Shown: positions 20,781 through 30,301 of the stretch, in pieces
Layout: each line of letters starts with the position of its first letter
Position numbering within the stretch: the first letter of the stretch is position 1
Origin: Acidiferrobacterales bacterium
Lineage (GTDB): Bacteria > Pseudomonadota > Gammaproteobacteria > Arenicellales > JAJDZL01
Assembly: GCA_028820695.1 (NCBI GenBank)
Contig: JAPPIB010000050.1
Coordinates: 145,683-209,682 of the forward strand
Direction of reading: 5' to 3'
DNA: 64,000 bases
Made by a program: the position numbers and the translations under genes
The notes under the pieces: generated by a model
The model's database searches: none
The model's input: only the letters and a program-made list of their open reading frames with translations
What the model was told of the DNA's origin: nothing

Positions 20781-21134
20781 ATGAAAGTACTGGGAAAGTT
20801 CTTTATTTTGCTCGCGATACTCGCTGCACCGGCTGTGTGCGCCCAAAGCGAATATCAGGTGCTGATACCCAGATATGAGTGGCCCGATGACGCTTCCGCT
20901 GACGTTGTACTTCAAATACCGCAAATCCGAAGCGCGGTTGCGAAACTTCTGGAATCCGAAAACGCTCAGTTGATCATTCGCTACCCCGGCGGAGATGAGG
21001 GCAATCAATGGGCATTGGATTTGCGTGCAATGCTGGTCGGTCTGGGAATAGAGTCGAAGCACATCGTGCTTGAACCCGGCTCCGGCATAGACGAGACGAT
21101 GGCTGTGATTGTAGCGCCGAAACGGGGGTCATGA
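20781..21134 (+). CDS. small secreted protein of unknown function
   Basis: The ATG at 20781 (codon 25 of ORF 20709) gives a classic signal peptide, MKVLGKFFILLAILAAPAVCAQS. The gene starts 3 nt after the yhdP stop and overlaps the next gene by ATGA. I recognised no family. Confidence 0.5.
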   Translation: MKVLGKFFILLAILAAPAVCAQSEYQVLIPRYEWPDDASADVVLQIPQIRSAVAKLLESENAQLIIRYPGGDEGNQWALDLRAMLVGLGIESKHIVLEPGSGIDETMAVIVAPKRGS

Positions 21135-21934
21135 TGCCGCGTGTCGCGGCAATTCAGATGAATTCCGGTGACGATGTCGAGCACAATCTCAGATCGACCG
21201 AAGAACTTGTCACCGAAGCGAAACGTCAGTCTGCTGTCATTGCGGTCTTGCCGGAGTGCTTCTCGCTTATGGCACCGAACCATCAATGCAGGCTGTCCGC
21301 TGCCGAGCCTGCGGAAGGCGGCGGAACAGTCTGGACGTTTCTTTCGGACTTGGCACGGCGCGAGAAAATCTGGATTTTAGCCGCCGGTATTTTCACGCAG
21401 TGCGAAAATACCCGTAAGGTCCGCAACACGTCGTGGCTTTTCGATCATTGTGGCGAGTCGATTGCCCGATACGACAAGATCAACCTGTTTGATATCGAGT
21501 TGCCGGATGGAGAGCGCTATTCGGAGTCCAGCTATACCGTTGCTGGCAGTGAGATTGTCGCAGAGCAGACACCGGCTGGTGTTGCCGGGATCACTGTATG
21601 CTACGACCTTAGATTTCCCGCTCTTTATGAAAAGCTGACCGCAAAAGACGCGATCTGGTTTGCGATTCCTTCGGCTTTCGCATACACGACGGGTTGCAGA
21701 CATTGGGAGGTTCTTTTACGCGCCAGAGCCATCGAAAATCATGCCTATGTTGTTGCCCCGGCACAATGGGGGAGACATCCTGGCGGACGAACGACCTACG
21801 GTCATACCATGATCGTAGACCCTTGGGGAGAGATTCTTGCACAACAGGGCAGGGACGATGGTGTTATCACTGCTGACTTGGATGCGGGAAGAGTCAATGA
21901 GATTCGCAAGAGGTTTTCCGAAGTGGAACAATAG
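21131..21934 (+). CDS. carbon-nitrogen hydrolase (nitrilase superfamily, Nit/YbeM-like)
   Basis: Context of the Glu-Lys-Cys triad is present: VLPECF, YDKINLFD and GITVCYDLRFP. Length of 267 aa fits. Confidence 0.88.
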   Translation: MMPRVAAIQMNSGDDVEHNLRSTEELVTEAKRQSAVIAVLPECFSLMAPNHQCRLSAAEPAEGGGTVWTFLSDLARREKIWILAAGIFTQCENTRKVRNTSWLFDHCGESIARYDKINLFDIELPDGERYSESSYTVAGSEIVAEQTPAGVAGITVCYDLRFPALYEKLTAKDAIWFAIPSAFAYTTGCRHWEVLLRARAIENHAYVVAPAQWGRHPGGRTTYGHTMIVDPWGEILAQQGRDDGVITADLDAGRVNEIRKRFSEVEQ

Positions 21935-21968
21935 GTGTCAATGTTGTGAATGCGTTAGGGTAGTGCAG

Positions 21969-22703
21969 TTATCTGAGATCAATCCAATCGTCACTGTATT
22001 CGATCAGTCGCTCTATACGCGAGGGCTCAACAAGAGGCACATCCCGATTGATCGCAAATCGTCTCGCAGAAGCTGGAATATTCCTCAATACTGTAAATTG
22101 TCCGCCGTGGAATTGCCACGTGAAAACATGTCTTCCACCATTCCTTTCGCAACCATTGAGATTGCCGCGAGGATTCAGACCCCATTTGTAATTGCCTGCT
22201 GCATACTGTCGAAGCTCGTCTTCAAAAATCACAAATTGCTTGGTTTCGACATTTCGAATGAGAACGACAATCCGAAGATCATTGTGTTCATTTCTCGCAG
22301 TGTTGAGACGGGCATTCCAGATTGACAATACAGCATCGCCGGTTTTCTGTAAATCCGCGTGCGGGTCACTTATCCCGAAAGAATAATCAGGTGAATTCCG
22401 ACCGGAAATCAGACGTACTCGTTGTTGGCCGAACGGATTGCTGGATTGGATTGTCTTAACCGACCAAGCGGTAGTCTGAAGGGCAACATCAGCCAATCCT
22501 AGGGGACTCGCATAATCCACACCGTTTACAGCGGTTGCAAATATTTCACTGAAGTCATTGCCCGAGATATCCTTTCTGCCAATCGCTAGCCGAAGTACGA
22601 TTTGCTTGCCAATCTCCCTAATGACGTATTCTGGAACTCGACCAATCGGCCATGGACCGGACTGAGAACCGCGGACACCGCGTAATCTCGGGTAGTCAAG
22701 CAT
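21969..22703 (-). CDS. putative type II restriction endonuclease, partner of the adjacent C5 methyltransferase
   Basis: This 244-aa ORF starts 8 nt inside the 3' end of the methyltransferase gene on the same strand. I recognised no family. A candidate PD-(D/E)xK-like element is present: NEHNDLRIVVLIRNVETKQFVIFEDE (D ... E-T-K across two predicted strands). The assignment rests mainly on context. Confidence 0.5.
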   Translation of the reverse strand: MLDYPRLRGVRGSQSGPWPIGRVPEYVIREIGKQIVLRLAIGRKDISGNDFSEIFATAVNGVDYASPLGLADVALQTTAWSVKTIQSSNPFGQQRVRLISGRNSPDYSFGISDPHADLQKTGDAVLSIWNARLNTARNEHNDLRIVVLIRNVETKQFVIFEDELRQYAAGNYKWGLNPRGNLNGCERNGGRHVFTWQFHGGQFTVLRNIPASARRFAINRDVPLVEPSRIERLIEYSDDWIDLR

Positions 22704-23697
22704 TTACTAACTTGCGGATAACAGCTTTCACCATCGGGACCGGTACTGCATTTCCCGCCTGCTTGCGTGCCTGGGCGTCGACTTCGTGCAAATTGAAACT
22801 GTCTGGGAATCCCTGCAGGCGGAACATTTCTCGCGGTGTCAACCGACGCACTCCATTGACCAGCAGGTAGTTATAACTTGCCCCAGCACGCAAGGCGCAT
22901 GAAAACGGGTGGCTGGAAACATTGCCCCCTTTGTTCTCATGCCAGATTGACGGTATGGTATCGGCTTGGTGTGCCTTTTGCCTCGAGTTTCTGATTCTAT
23001 CGCTGACATAGTGCCGCTTGTCAGGCGACTTTTCCAACAATTCTGATAGCGGCTTCATGGATATGTTTGGCTCAGGCCAGTCAAAATCAGTCAGCCCATC
23101 AATCCGGCCAACGATCAGGACTCGCTCCCTTCTTTGTGGCAATCCATAGTCCAATGCGTTTAGAACACGGAAGTCAACTTCGTAATCCAGCGACTGCAGC
23201 ACGGAAATAATGCGGTCCATGATCCGTCCACCATCTGAAGTAACGAGTTGCTTGACATTCTCCAATACGAATGCTGCCGGGCGTTTGCGCTCCAGTATCC
23301 TCGCGATGTCGAAGAAAAGTGTTCCTCTTGTATCCGAAAATCCCCGACGGTTGCCTATGATGCTAAACGGCTGGCAGGGGAATCCGGCACATAGCAAATC
23401 ATGGTCAGGCACATCGGACGCATCGATGCAAGTAATATCACCATTCGGGGGAATACCAAAATTAGACTTGTAAACGCTGCGTGCCGGCTTGTCAATTTCG
23501 CTGGCGAATACGCATTCAAGACCAACCGCAGCAGCAGCGATGTGAAATCCGCCGACTCCACAAAACAAATCGATGAATGTATTCAGGCTGCGTCCCTGAG
23601 TACTTGCATGCCCAATGATGCGTGAATGTGTGGAAACACTGTCTGTCCGTGTTGGAGAATTCATCTGTGATTGATTACTAACTCCGGACATTATCAA
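22696..23697 (-). CDS. dcm: DNA (cytosine-5)-methyltransferase
   Basis: All canonical C5-MTase motifs are present: I DLFCGVGGF, IV GFPCQPFS, VI VLENVK, VIII LPQRRERV, X QAGNAVPVPM. The conserved blocks (GDIT..DVPDHDLLCAGFPCQPFSI.G...GF.D.RGTLFFDIARI) closely resemble the M.HhaI-type subfamily as I remember it. The short variable region does not let me infer specificity. Confidence 0.93.
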   Translation of the reverse strand: MIMSGVSNQSQMNSPTRTDSVSTHSRIIGHASTQGRSLNTFIDLFCGVGGFHIAAAAVGLECVFASEIDKPARSVYKSNFGIPPNGDITCIDASDVPDHDLLCAGFPCQPFSIIGNRRGFSDTRGTLFFDIARILERKRPAAFVLENVKQLVTSDGGRIMDRIISVLQSLDYEVDFRVLNALDYGLPQRRERVLIVGRIDGLTDFDWPEPNISMKPLSELLEKSPDKRHYVSDRIRNSRQKAHQADTIPSIWHENKGGNVSSHPFSCALRAGASYNYLLVNGVRRLTPREMFRLQGFPDSFNLHEVDAQARKQAGNAVPVPMVKAVIRKLVNA

Positions 23698-24193
23698 GGT
23701 GAGTAACGTTTTGTATTGCGGGCCGATCTCATACCTGGAATACGTTTATCCATACCAAAACATTGGAGGATCACTCACCATTGATTTTACAACGCGCGGT
23801 ACGGTACAAAACCAGCATTCATTGACAAGCGGGTGGAATACGTCACTTCACTAATTTTATCACTTTGCAACAATATCCTGTCCTCGTTCGCATTTGATGA
23901 GACTGCAGTAAGGCAGCGAGTGCGGGTTGATTGAATTTCAGATTATAGTTTTCCAAGGAGACGAGTTGTCCGAGTGATTGATGGGGCTGGTGATTGTCGG
24001 GTTGCACCCACCGCGAGTTGCTATAATTCCCGAGCGGCTCATTTCCGTTGTCAGATTGAGTTCCGCACGTCCGATGCGGTTCATATTCATTGGAATGTCT
24101 CCCTCGGACCTATAACGATTTTGAAATCTCCAATCAATTGATAATATTAGAGAATTGATGTTCTGAATAAAGTGTCAGGAAAGTTCTTCGAAA

Positions 24194-25642
24194 ATGGACA
24201 ATTACATTGAGCGGGCCCGCGCAACCTTACTGAATCCGGTCGAGATGGGCGATCGGGAATTGGATACCCTGCTTGGCAAAATGACGGGCAGGGACATAGA
24301 TCACGCGGATCTTTATTTCCAATTCACGCGTCAGGAAAGTTGGGTGCTTGAAGAGGGAATCGTGAAGTCTGGCAGCTACAATGTTGACAAGGGTGTTGGG
24401 CTCAGGGCCGTGAGCGGCGACAAGTCAGGATTTGCCTTTTCGGACGACCTGAGGTTCCCGACTCTTGCCCAGGCGGCCGAGTCAGCTCGCGGAATCTCGC
24501 AGGGATTGGGCTCAGGCCGAATCGCTGCCGCAGCGCGCCGGTCGGTCAATGCGCCGATTCTTTATGAACCTCATGATCCACTCGCTAGCATCTCGGATGC
24601 GGACAAGGTGTCATTGCTCGAGCGTGTCGAGCAAGAGGCAAGGAAGGCTGACCCCAGAGTCAGTCAGGTAATCGCGAATCTGGCAGGGTCACATGAGATC
24701 GTGATGGTTGTGCGAGCGGACGGAGAAGTCTGCGCGGACGTTCGTCCGCTGGTACGTTTGACAGTCAATGTGGTGGCACAGAGCAACGGGCGTCGCGAAC
24801 AGGGCAGTTTCAGTGGGGGTTCTCGGGGAACATACGACTCTCTGACAAATGATGATGTCGCTCTCGGATATGCCCGCGAAGCGGTCAGACAGGCATTGGT
24901 CAATCTCGAATCGATTAACGCGCCGGCGGGAACGATGGATGTTGTTCTCGGACCCGGTTGGCCTGGAATTATTCTGCATGAAGCGGTCGGTCACGGGTTG
25001 GAGGGGGATTTCAACCGAAAGGGCACATCTGCCTACGCCGGACGGGTTGGGGAAAAGGTTGCATCCGAATTGTGCACGATCGTCGATGATGGAACGATCG
25101 CCAATAGGCGGGGGTCGCTGACCATTGATGACGAGGGCACGCCGTCAATGAATTCAGTCCTGATCGAAAACGGAATCCTGAAAGGTTACATGCAGGATTT
25201 GACCAATGCGAGACTGATGGGACAGCCGGCTACCGGCAATGGTCGTCGCCAATCGTTCCGACATCAGCCAATGCCCCGGATGACAAATACGTATATGCTG
25301 CCGGGCGACTCGACTCATGACGAGATAATCGGCTCCGTTGACAAGGGTCTGTACGCTGTCAGTTTTTCCGGAGGTCAGGTGGACATAACGTCTGGCGAGT
25401 TTGTATTTTCCGCAACAGAAGCCTATCTGATCGAAAAAGGGAAAGTATCGCATCCCGTCAAGGGTGTGACCCTCATCGGCAACGGGCCGGATGTCCTTAA
25501 CCGTATTACGATGGTTGGAAACAATCTGGAGTTGGATTCCGGGACCGGTACCTGCGGGAAAAACGGACAGAGTGTACCAGTGGGTGTTGGGCAGCCGACC
25601 ATCAGAATCAACTCGCTGACAGTCGGCGGTGTTGAGATTTAG
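24194..25642 (+). CDS. tldD: metalloprotease TldD
   Basis: 482 aa, with the HEAVGHGLEGD zinc motif, GRRQSFRHQPMPRMTNT, and a C-terminal GxC..GQ.VPVG...P block typical of TldD. Confidence 0.93.
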   Translation: MDNYIERARATLLNPVEMGDRELDTLLGKMTGRDIDHADLYFQFTRQESWVLEEGIVKSGSYNVDKGVGLRAVSGDKSGFAFSDDLRFPTLAQAAESARGISQGLGSGRIAAAARRSVNAPILYEPHDPLASISDADKVSLLERVEQEARKADPRVSQVIANLAGSHEIVMVVRADGEVCADVRPLVRLTVNVVAQSNGRREQGSFSGGSRGTYDSLTNDDVALGYAREAVRQALVNLESINAPAGTMDVVLGPGWPGIILHEAVGHGLEGDFNRKGTSAYAGRVGEKVASELCTIVDDGTIANRRGSLTIDDEGTPSMNSVLIENGILKGYMQDLTNARLMGQPATGNGRRQSFRHQPMPRMTNTYMLPGDSTHDEIIGSVDKGLYAVSFSGGQVDITSGEFVFSATEAYLIEKGKVSHPVKGVTLIGNGPDVLNRITMVGNNLELDSGTGTCGKNGQSVPVGVGQPTIRINSLTVGGVEI

Positions 25643-25651
25643 GTAACGAAA

Positions 25652-26998
25652 ATGTCCGGCAACGGCCTGGTATCCGCAACCGATGGCGACGGCGTCTCCA
25701 AGTACGTCGTACAAGCCCTGGATTACGCATCGAAGTTAGGTACTGACAGTGCTTGCGCACATGTCGGGCGCGGTAAAGGGTATGAGTTGACCGTTCGAAT
25801 GGGTGAACTCGAAACCATTGAGCACCACAATGGAGGAGAGCTACGCGTTACCGTTTACATGGGACACAAGAAAGGCAGTTCCACCACTTCCGACTTCAGC
25901 GATGAGGCGATCGCCGCCACAGTCCAGGCGGCAAAGTCAATTGCCGGATTTACCTCGGAAGATTCCTGCAATGGCTTGGCACCCAAAGATCGGTTGGCCA
26001 GCGAGTTTTCAGACCTGGACCTTTTCCACCCGTCGGATATAGACCGGGACAAAGCATTGGAGATTGCTCAGGAATGTGAATCAGCCGCAATGTCAAGCGA
26101 TGCGAGAATCATCAATTCCGATGGAGCGACTGTCGAAACCCGGCAAGTAACGTCGGCGTTCGGCAATAGTGACGGATTTCTTCATGAGGAGCAATCGACA
26201 TCCTACACCGTAAGCTGCTGCGTCATCGGAAAGTCTGATTCGGGGATGCAGCAGGACTATTGGTACAGCACAGGTTGTGACCCGAATCAGTTAGAAAGTG
26301 CACGGTCGATCGGATTGATGACAGCGAAGCGCACGTTACGCAGACTCGATTCCCAGCGAATCAATACCTGCGATGTGCCGGTGCTGTTTGAGGCACCGAT
26401 TGCCTCTGGTCTGCTTCGTTGCCTGGTCGGCGGAATCAGCGGCAGCGCTCTTTACCGCAAGGCGAGTTTTCTGCTCGACAGTATCGGTGAGCGGATATTT
26501 CCCGAAGGAACCCGAATACATGAGCAACCGCACCTTAAGCGAGCGCTTGGAAGCGCTTTCGCGGACGCTGAAGGTGTCGCGACCGTTCCGAGAGACATTG
26601 TTTCGGATGGTGTGCTCAAAGGTTATGTGCTTGACGCTTATTCCGCGCGAAAATTAGGCATGGAAACCACCGCCAATGCAGGCGGAGTTCACAACCTGAC
26701 AATTGATTCCGGAGAGCGGGATTTTGCAGGCATGCTCAAGTTGATGGATACCGGCTTGCTGGTGACGGGTTTGATGGGATTTGGCGTGAATACTGTAACC
26801 GGAAACTATTCTCAGGGTGCCCGCGGGTTCTGGGTGGAGAACGGTGAGATGCAGTATCCTGTTGAGGAATTGACCGTCGCCGGGAACCTTCGTGATATGT
26901 TTGGTGCGATTGTGGATGTTGGAAACGATGTCGATTTGCGTCACAACATCAGAACCGGTTCAATATTGATCAGCAATATGGCGGTATCGGGCGAGTGA
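25652..26998 (+). CDS. pmbA: metalloprotease PmbA (TldE)
   Basis: 448 aa, a TldD paralogue lacking the HExxxH motif. The C-terminal block TGNYSQGARGFWVENGEMQYPVEELTVAGNLRDMF is typical of PmbA. It lies directly downstream of tldD. Confidence 0.9.
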   Translation: MSGNGLVSATDGDGVSKYVVQALDYASKLGTDSACAHVGRGKGYELTVRMGELETIEHHNGGELRVTVYMGHKKGSSTTSDFSDEAIAATVQAAKSIAGFTSEDSCNGLAPKDRLASEFSDLDLFHPSDIDRDKALEIAQECESAAMSSDARIINSDGATVETRQVTSAFGNSDGFLHEEQSTSYTVSCCVIGKSDSGMQQDYWYSTGCDPNQLESARSIGLMTAKRTLRRLDSQRINTCDVPVLFEAPIASGLLRCLVGGISGSALYRKASFLLDSIGERIFPEGTRIHEQPHLKRALGSAFADAEGVATVPRDIVSDGVLKGYVLDAYSARKLGMETTANAGGVHNLTIDSGERDFAGMLKLMDTGLLVTGLMGFGVNTVTGNYSQGARGFWVENGEMQYPVEELTVAGNLRDMFGAIVDVGNDVDLRHNIRTGSILISNMAVSGE

Positions 26999-27049
26999 TC
27001 TGAATCCGTCCAGGATCAATACAGATAAACAAAGCAAGAACTGTCAGTC

Positions 27050-27376
27050 ATGCCGATATACGAATACGTCTGCGAAGATTGCGATTACGAACTCGAGATC
27101 ATCCAGAGAATCAAGGAAGCCCGGTTGACCCGGTGTCCGGCCTGTAACGAAGAGTCGTTACGGCGAAAATTGTCGGCTGCGGCTTTTCATCTGAAAGGGA
27201 CAGGTTGGTATGAAACAGATTTCAAGACCAAGAAACCTGACGATGAAAAGTCGAAGAAATCCGAATCAGGGGATTCCAAGTCCGCTGACAGCAGTGAATC
27301 CGAAAAGAAAGATTCCACCAAGAAATCTTCCGCCTCCGACGACAAGGCTTCCAAGTCTACTGAAACCACAACCTGA
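27050..27376 (+). CDS. FmdB-family zinc-ribbon protein
   Basis: MPIYEYVCEDCDYELEIIQ....RCPACNEESLRRKLSAAAFHLKGTGWYETDF is the CxxC...CxxC FmdB signature. It is followed by a Lys/Ser/Asp/Glu-rich tail. The location immediately upstream of aspS is common. Confidence 0.8.
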   Translation: MPIYEYVCEDCDYELEIIQRIKEARLTRCPACNEESLRRKLSAAAFHLKGTGWYETDFKTKKPDDEKSKKSESGDSKSADSSESEKKDSTKKSSASDDKASKSTETTT

Positions 27377-27400
27377 CAAGGTGTGAAGTTGAGCGGTTCG

Positions 27401-29203
27401 ATGCGCACACATCAATGTGGTTCAATGGCGGGATCCGAAATCGGGGAGCGAGTCCGACTATGTGGATGGGTCAACAGCCGACGTGATCATGGCGGCGTGA
27501 TTTTCATCGATCTTCGGGATTCCAGCGGGATTATGCAGATCGTGATCAATCCTGACCAGGGAGACCACTTTGAACTTGCCGAGTCGGTCCGAAACGAGTA
27601 TGTACTGCAGGCTGAAGGGGTGGTGCGAAAACGTCCCGAAGGCACCGAAAATCCTGGTATTCCAACCGGGACAATCGAAGTGGTATGCGACAACCTGAAG
27701 TTGTTGAATAAAGCGGTCAACCTGCCGTTCCAACTTGACGAGGGCGATGTCAATGAGGCGGTCAGACTCCAGTATCGCTATCTGGATTTGAGACGTGACA
27801 GAATGCAGAAAAATATCCGACTGCGGCACGTATTGATCCAGACGATACGAACCTATCTCAACGACTGTTCCTTTACCGAAATCGAAACCCCGATACTCAC
27901 GCGCTCGACACCCGAAGGCGCACGTGACTATCTGGTTCCCAGCCGAGTACACACCGGTTCATTTTACGCACTTCCCCAATCACCACAGATGTTCAAGCAA
28001 ATGCTGGTGATCGCTGGTTTTGAGCGCTACTATCAGATTGCGCGTTGTTTTCGAGACGAGGATCTGCGGGCCGATCGACAGCTTGAATTCACTCAGCTTG
28101 ACGTAGAGATGGCGTTCATCACCGAGCAGGACATCATGCAGTTGATGGAGAATCTGTTCCGAAAGGTATTCAAGAACACGATCGATACGGACCTACCCGG
28201 GAAGTTTCCGGTGATGTCCTATTCTGAAGCGCTGCATCGGTACGGGACAGACCGACCAGACCTTCGCATTCCTCATCAAATCAATGATTTGACTGAAGTT
28301 ATGAAAGGTGAGGAGTTCCAAGTCTTTCGGCGTGCTGCAAATATGGAAGGTGGAAGGGTAGCCGCTTTGCGCATCCCTTCCGGCAATATCCTGACGCGGC
28401 AGCAGATCGATGACTATACCCGGTATGTTGCCGATTGGGGAGCAAAGGGACTGGCTTACATCAAGGTCAATGACAGTACATCCGGAAGGGATGGACTGCA
28501 GTCACCGATTCTCAAATTTCTGTCTGATGAGACGGTGGATGCAATTGTGGCGGAGACGTCCAGCCGAAGCGGTGACCTCATCTTTTTTGGCGCCGATCAC
28601 GCATCGATCGTCAACGCGTCTTTGGGTGCGTTGCGAGTCAAGATTGCACAAGACCTGAATCAAGTCGAATCGGGTTGGCAGCCTCTGTGGATCGTAGATT
28701 TCCCGCTGGTAGAGTTTGACGAGACCGAAAAGCGTTGGCAGTCCCTGCACCACCCTTTTACCGCACCGAAGGAAGCCCATGTCTCCAATTTGGACAAATC
28801 TCCGGAGTCGGTTCTTTCAAGAGCATACGATCTGGTCCTTAACGGTGTTGAGGTTGGGGGTGGTTCGATCAGGAACCACAGCATGGAAATTCAGAACAGG
28901 ATTTTCGGCCTGCTTGGGCTTGACGCGGAGGAAATTGATGCCAAGTTTGGATTTCTTCTGAACGCCCTGAAAACTGGCGCACCGCCGCATGGAGGAATCG
29001 CTTTCGGCATCGATCGGATCGCAGCGCTTCTGTCTGGCGAGGATTCAATCCGGGAAGTCATAGCGTTTCCGAAAACCCAAAGAGCTTATTGTCCCCTCAC
29101 CAAGGCTCCGAATGAGATTTCGTCGGACCAACTTGACGAGCTTGAACTCAGGATAAAACCCACAGCGGCGATCGTGAATCAGCCTGCTGTAACTGAAACC
29201 TGA
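27401..29203 (+). CDS. aspS: aspartate--tRNA ligase
   Basis: The N-terminus MRTHQCG, then GWV.SRRDHGGVIFIDLRD. Class II motifs are FRDEDLRADRQ.EFTQLD and GGGSIR..; PPHGG.A.G.DR. The ATG at 27401 gives the canonical N-terminus rather than the GTG at 27383. Confidence 0.96.
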   Translation: MRTHQCGSMAGSEIGERVRLCGWVNSRRDHGGVIFIDLRDSSGIMQIVINPDQGDHFELAESVRNEYVLQAEGVVRKRPEGTENPGIPTGTIEVVCDNLKLLNKAVNLPFQLDEGDVNEAVRLQYRYLDLRRDRMQKNIRLRHVLIQTIRTYLNDCSFTEIETPILTRSTPEGARDYLVPSRVHTGSFYALPQSPQMFKQMLVIAGFERYYQIARCFRDEDLRADRQLEFTQLDVEMAFITEQDIMQLMENLFRKVFKNTIDTDLPGKFPVMSYSEALHRYGTDRPDLRIPHQINDLTEVMKGEEFQVFRRAANMEGGRVAALRIPSGNILTRQQIDDYTRYVADWGAKGLAYIKVNDSTSGRDGLQSPILKFLSDETVDAIVAETSSRSGDLIFFGADHASIVNASLGALRVKIAQDLNQVESGWQPLWIVDFPLVEFDETEKRWQSLHHPFTAPKEAHVSNLDKSPESVLSRAYDLVLNGVEVGGGSIRNHSMEIQNRIFGLLGLDAEEIDAKFGFLLNALKTGAPPHGGIAFGIDRIAALLSGEDSIREVIAFPKTQRAYCPLTKAPNEISSDQLDELELRIKPTAAIVNQPAVTET

Positions 29204-29220
29204 GTTGTCTGCAAGAGTGA

Positions 29221-29691
29221 ATGAAGCCGGATTCGGACAGAAGAAATCGTCGGCCCGAATCGGTACTGGTTGTGGTGCACACGACGGACAATCACACACT
29301 GCTGTTGAAACGAACACCACCGCGAAGTTTCTGGCAGTCGGTCACCGGCAGCATGATGTGGGGAGAGTCCAGGACTGAAACCGCGATTCGAGAACTTCAT
29401 GAGGAAACCGGTCTAGTGACCAAGCTCAGCGAGTTACGCGACTGGAAACGAACATTCAAGTTCAGGATACCTCCAATATATCGACACCGATACGAAGAGG
29501 ACGTTCAGTTGAATCGGGAGCATGTGTTTTCGGTTCTGCTTCCGACCCCCAGACCGGTTGTACTGCAACGTAGCGAACATATCGAATATCGTTGGGTTGA
29601 CATCCAGACAGCCCGGGACCTGGTGTGGTCGTGGTCGAATCGAGAAGCGTTGGAGATGATCGAATCGGCTGAGAACCTGGTGTCGGGATAA
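29221..29691 (+). CDS. nudB: dihydroneopterin triphosphate diphosphatase (Nudix hydrolase NudB-like)
   Basis: Nudix box GSMMWGESRTETAIRELHEETGL, preceded by the FWQSVTG string typical of NudB. Adjacency to aspS matches enterobacterial synteny. Confidence 0.8.
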   Translation: MKPDSDRRNRRPESVLVVVHTTDNHTLLLKRTPPRSFWQSVTGSMMWGESRTETAIRELHEETGLVTKLSELRDWKRTFKFRIPPIYRHRYEEDVQLNREHVFSVLLPTPRPVVLQRSEHIEYRWVDIQTARDLVWSWSNREALEMIESAENLVSG

Positions 29692-30000
29692 GACGTCGTG
29701 TATGCGGCGCGGCGAGCCAGTCTGCCAATCGAATTCTCCCGCTGCTCAGTGGCGGGCGAGCTGAGTGAAAGCAACACCTTGCCATTGATCAATGATGACA
29801 GAGGCACGGCCGAATGCGCTTCATGCTGCGTTGAACCCCATGGGATACAGTAGAATATTCTGATGTCGACTTAGTGTCTGTACGCGGTGGTCTCCTGTGC
29901 ATTGTGCAACACTCGAAACTGACCGTGTATGGTGTAAATCCGAGCGAAAAAGTAGGGAAAGCTGATTCTTGAGTAAAATTTACTTCATCGGAACCTGCAA

Positions 30001-30255
30001 ATGACTAAACCACTTCCAATCGAAAGTATCCTGGCCGCGGTATCATCGTTCTTGCCTGCGGAATTGTCGGCTGACATCAAGAAAAACGTGATCGGATCAG
30101 TCCGATCCGCTCTGGAAAACATGGATTTTGTTACCCGAACGGAAATTGAGGTTCAGGAAACTGTATTGAGACGCGCCCGCGAACGAATCAGTGAGCTGGA
30201 ATCGCGAATTGAACTACTTGAAGCGCAAATGCCTGGTGACTCTTCGCGTCAATGA
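30001..30255 (+). CDS. ubiK: ubiquinone biosynthesis accessory factor UbiK (YqiC/BMFP family)
   Basis: 84-aa coiled-coil protein. DFVTRTEIEVQETVLRRARERISELESRIELLE matches the YqiC/UbiK pattern. Confidence 0.75.
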   Translation: MTKPLPIESILAAVSSFLPAELSADIKKNVIGSVRSALENMDFVTRTEIEVQETVLRRARERISELESRIELLEAQMPGDSSRQ

Positions 30256-30261
30256 GGGTTG

Positions 30262-30277
30262 GGCGGATTGCCCCGCC
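30262..30277. terminator. weak GC hairpin between the convergent ubiK and cytochrome c5 genes
   Basis: GGCGG-attgcc-CCGCC (5-bp stem) sits in the 46-nt gap between two convergent stop codons. There is no clear U-tract on either strand. Confidence 0.25.
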
Positions 30278-30301
30278 AGCAAGGTTGAATTCAGGCGGAT
30301 A

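Noticed and set aside
21969-23697. Claiming a compositional (GC) anomaly for the R-M module
   Set aside because: Hand counts of a few 60-nt stretches gave about 45-52% GC inside the module and about 50% in core genes such as leuS. The difference is too small and the counts too noisy to support the claim. A sliding-window calculation is needed.
25154-25714. 186-aa minus-strand ORF over the tldD/pmbA junction
   Set aside because: It is an antisense shadow of two strongly supported genes.
27383-27400. GTG-initiated 6-codon extension of aspS
   Set aside because: AspS proteins begin MRTH.CG. The ATG at 27401 reproduces that N-terminus.
29692-30000. 309-nt gap between nudB and ubiK as a possible riboswitch or small RNA
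   Set aside because: I found no recognisable conserved riboswitch core (TPP, FMN, SAM or glycine) and no convincing stem-loop series by eye. The overlapping minus-strand ORFs (29462-29807) are off-frame shadows of nudB. This cannot be decided without a covariance-model scan.
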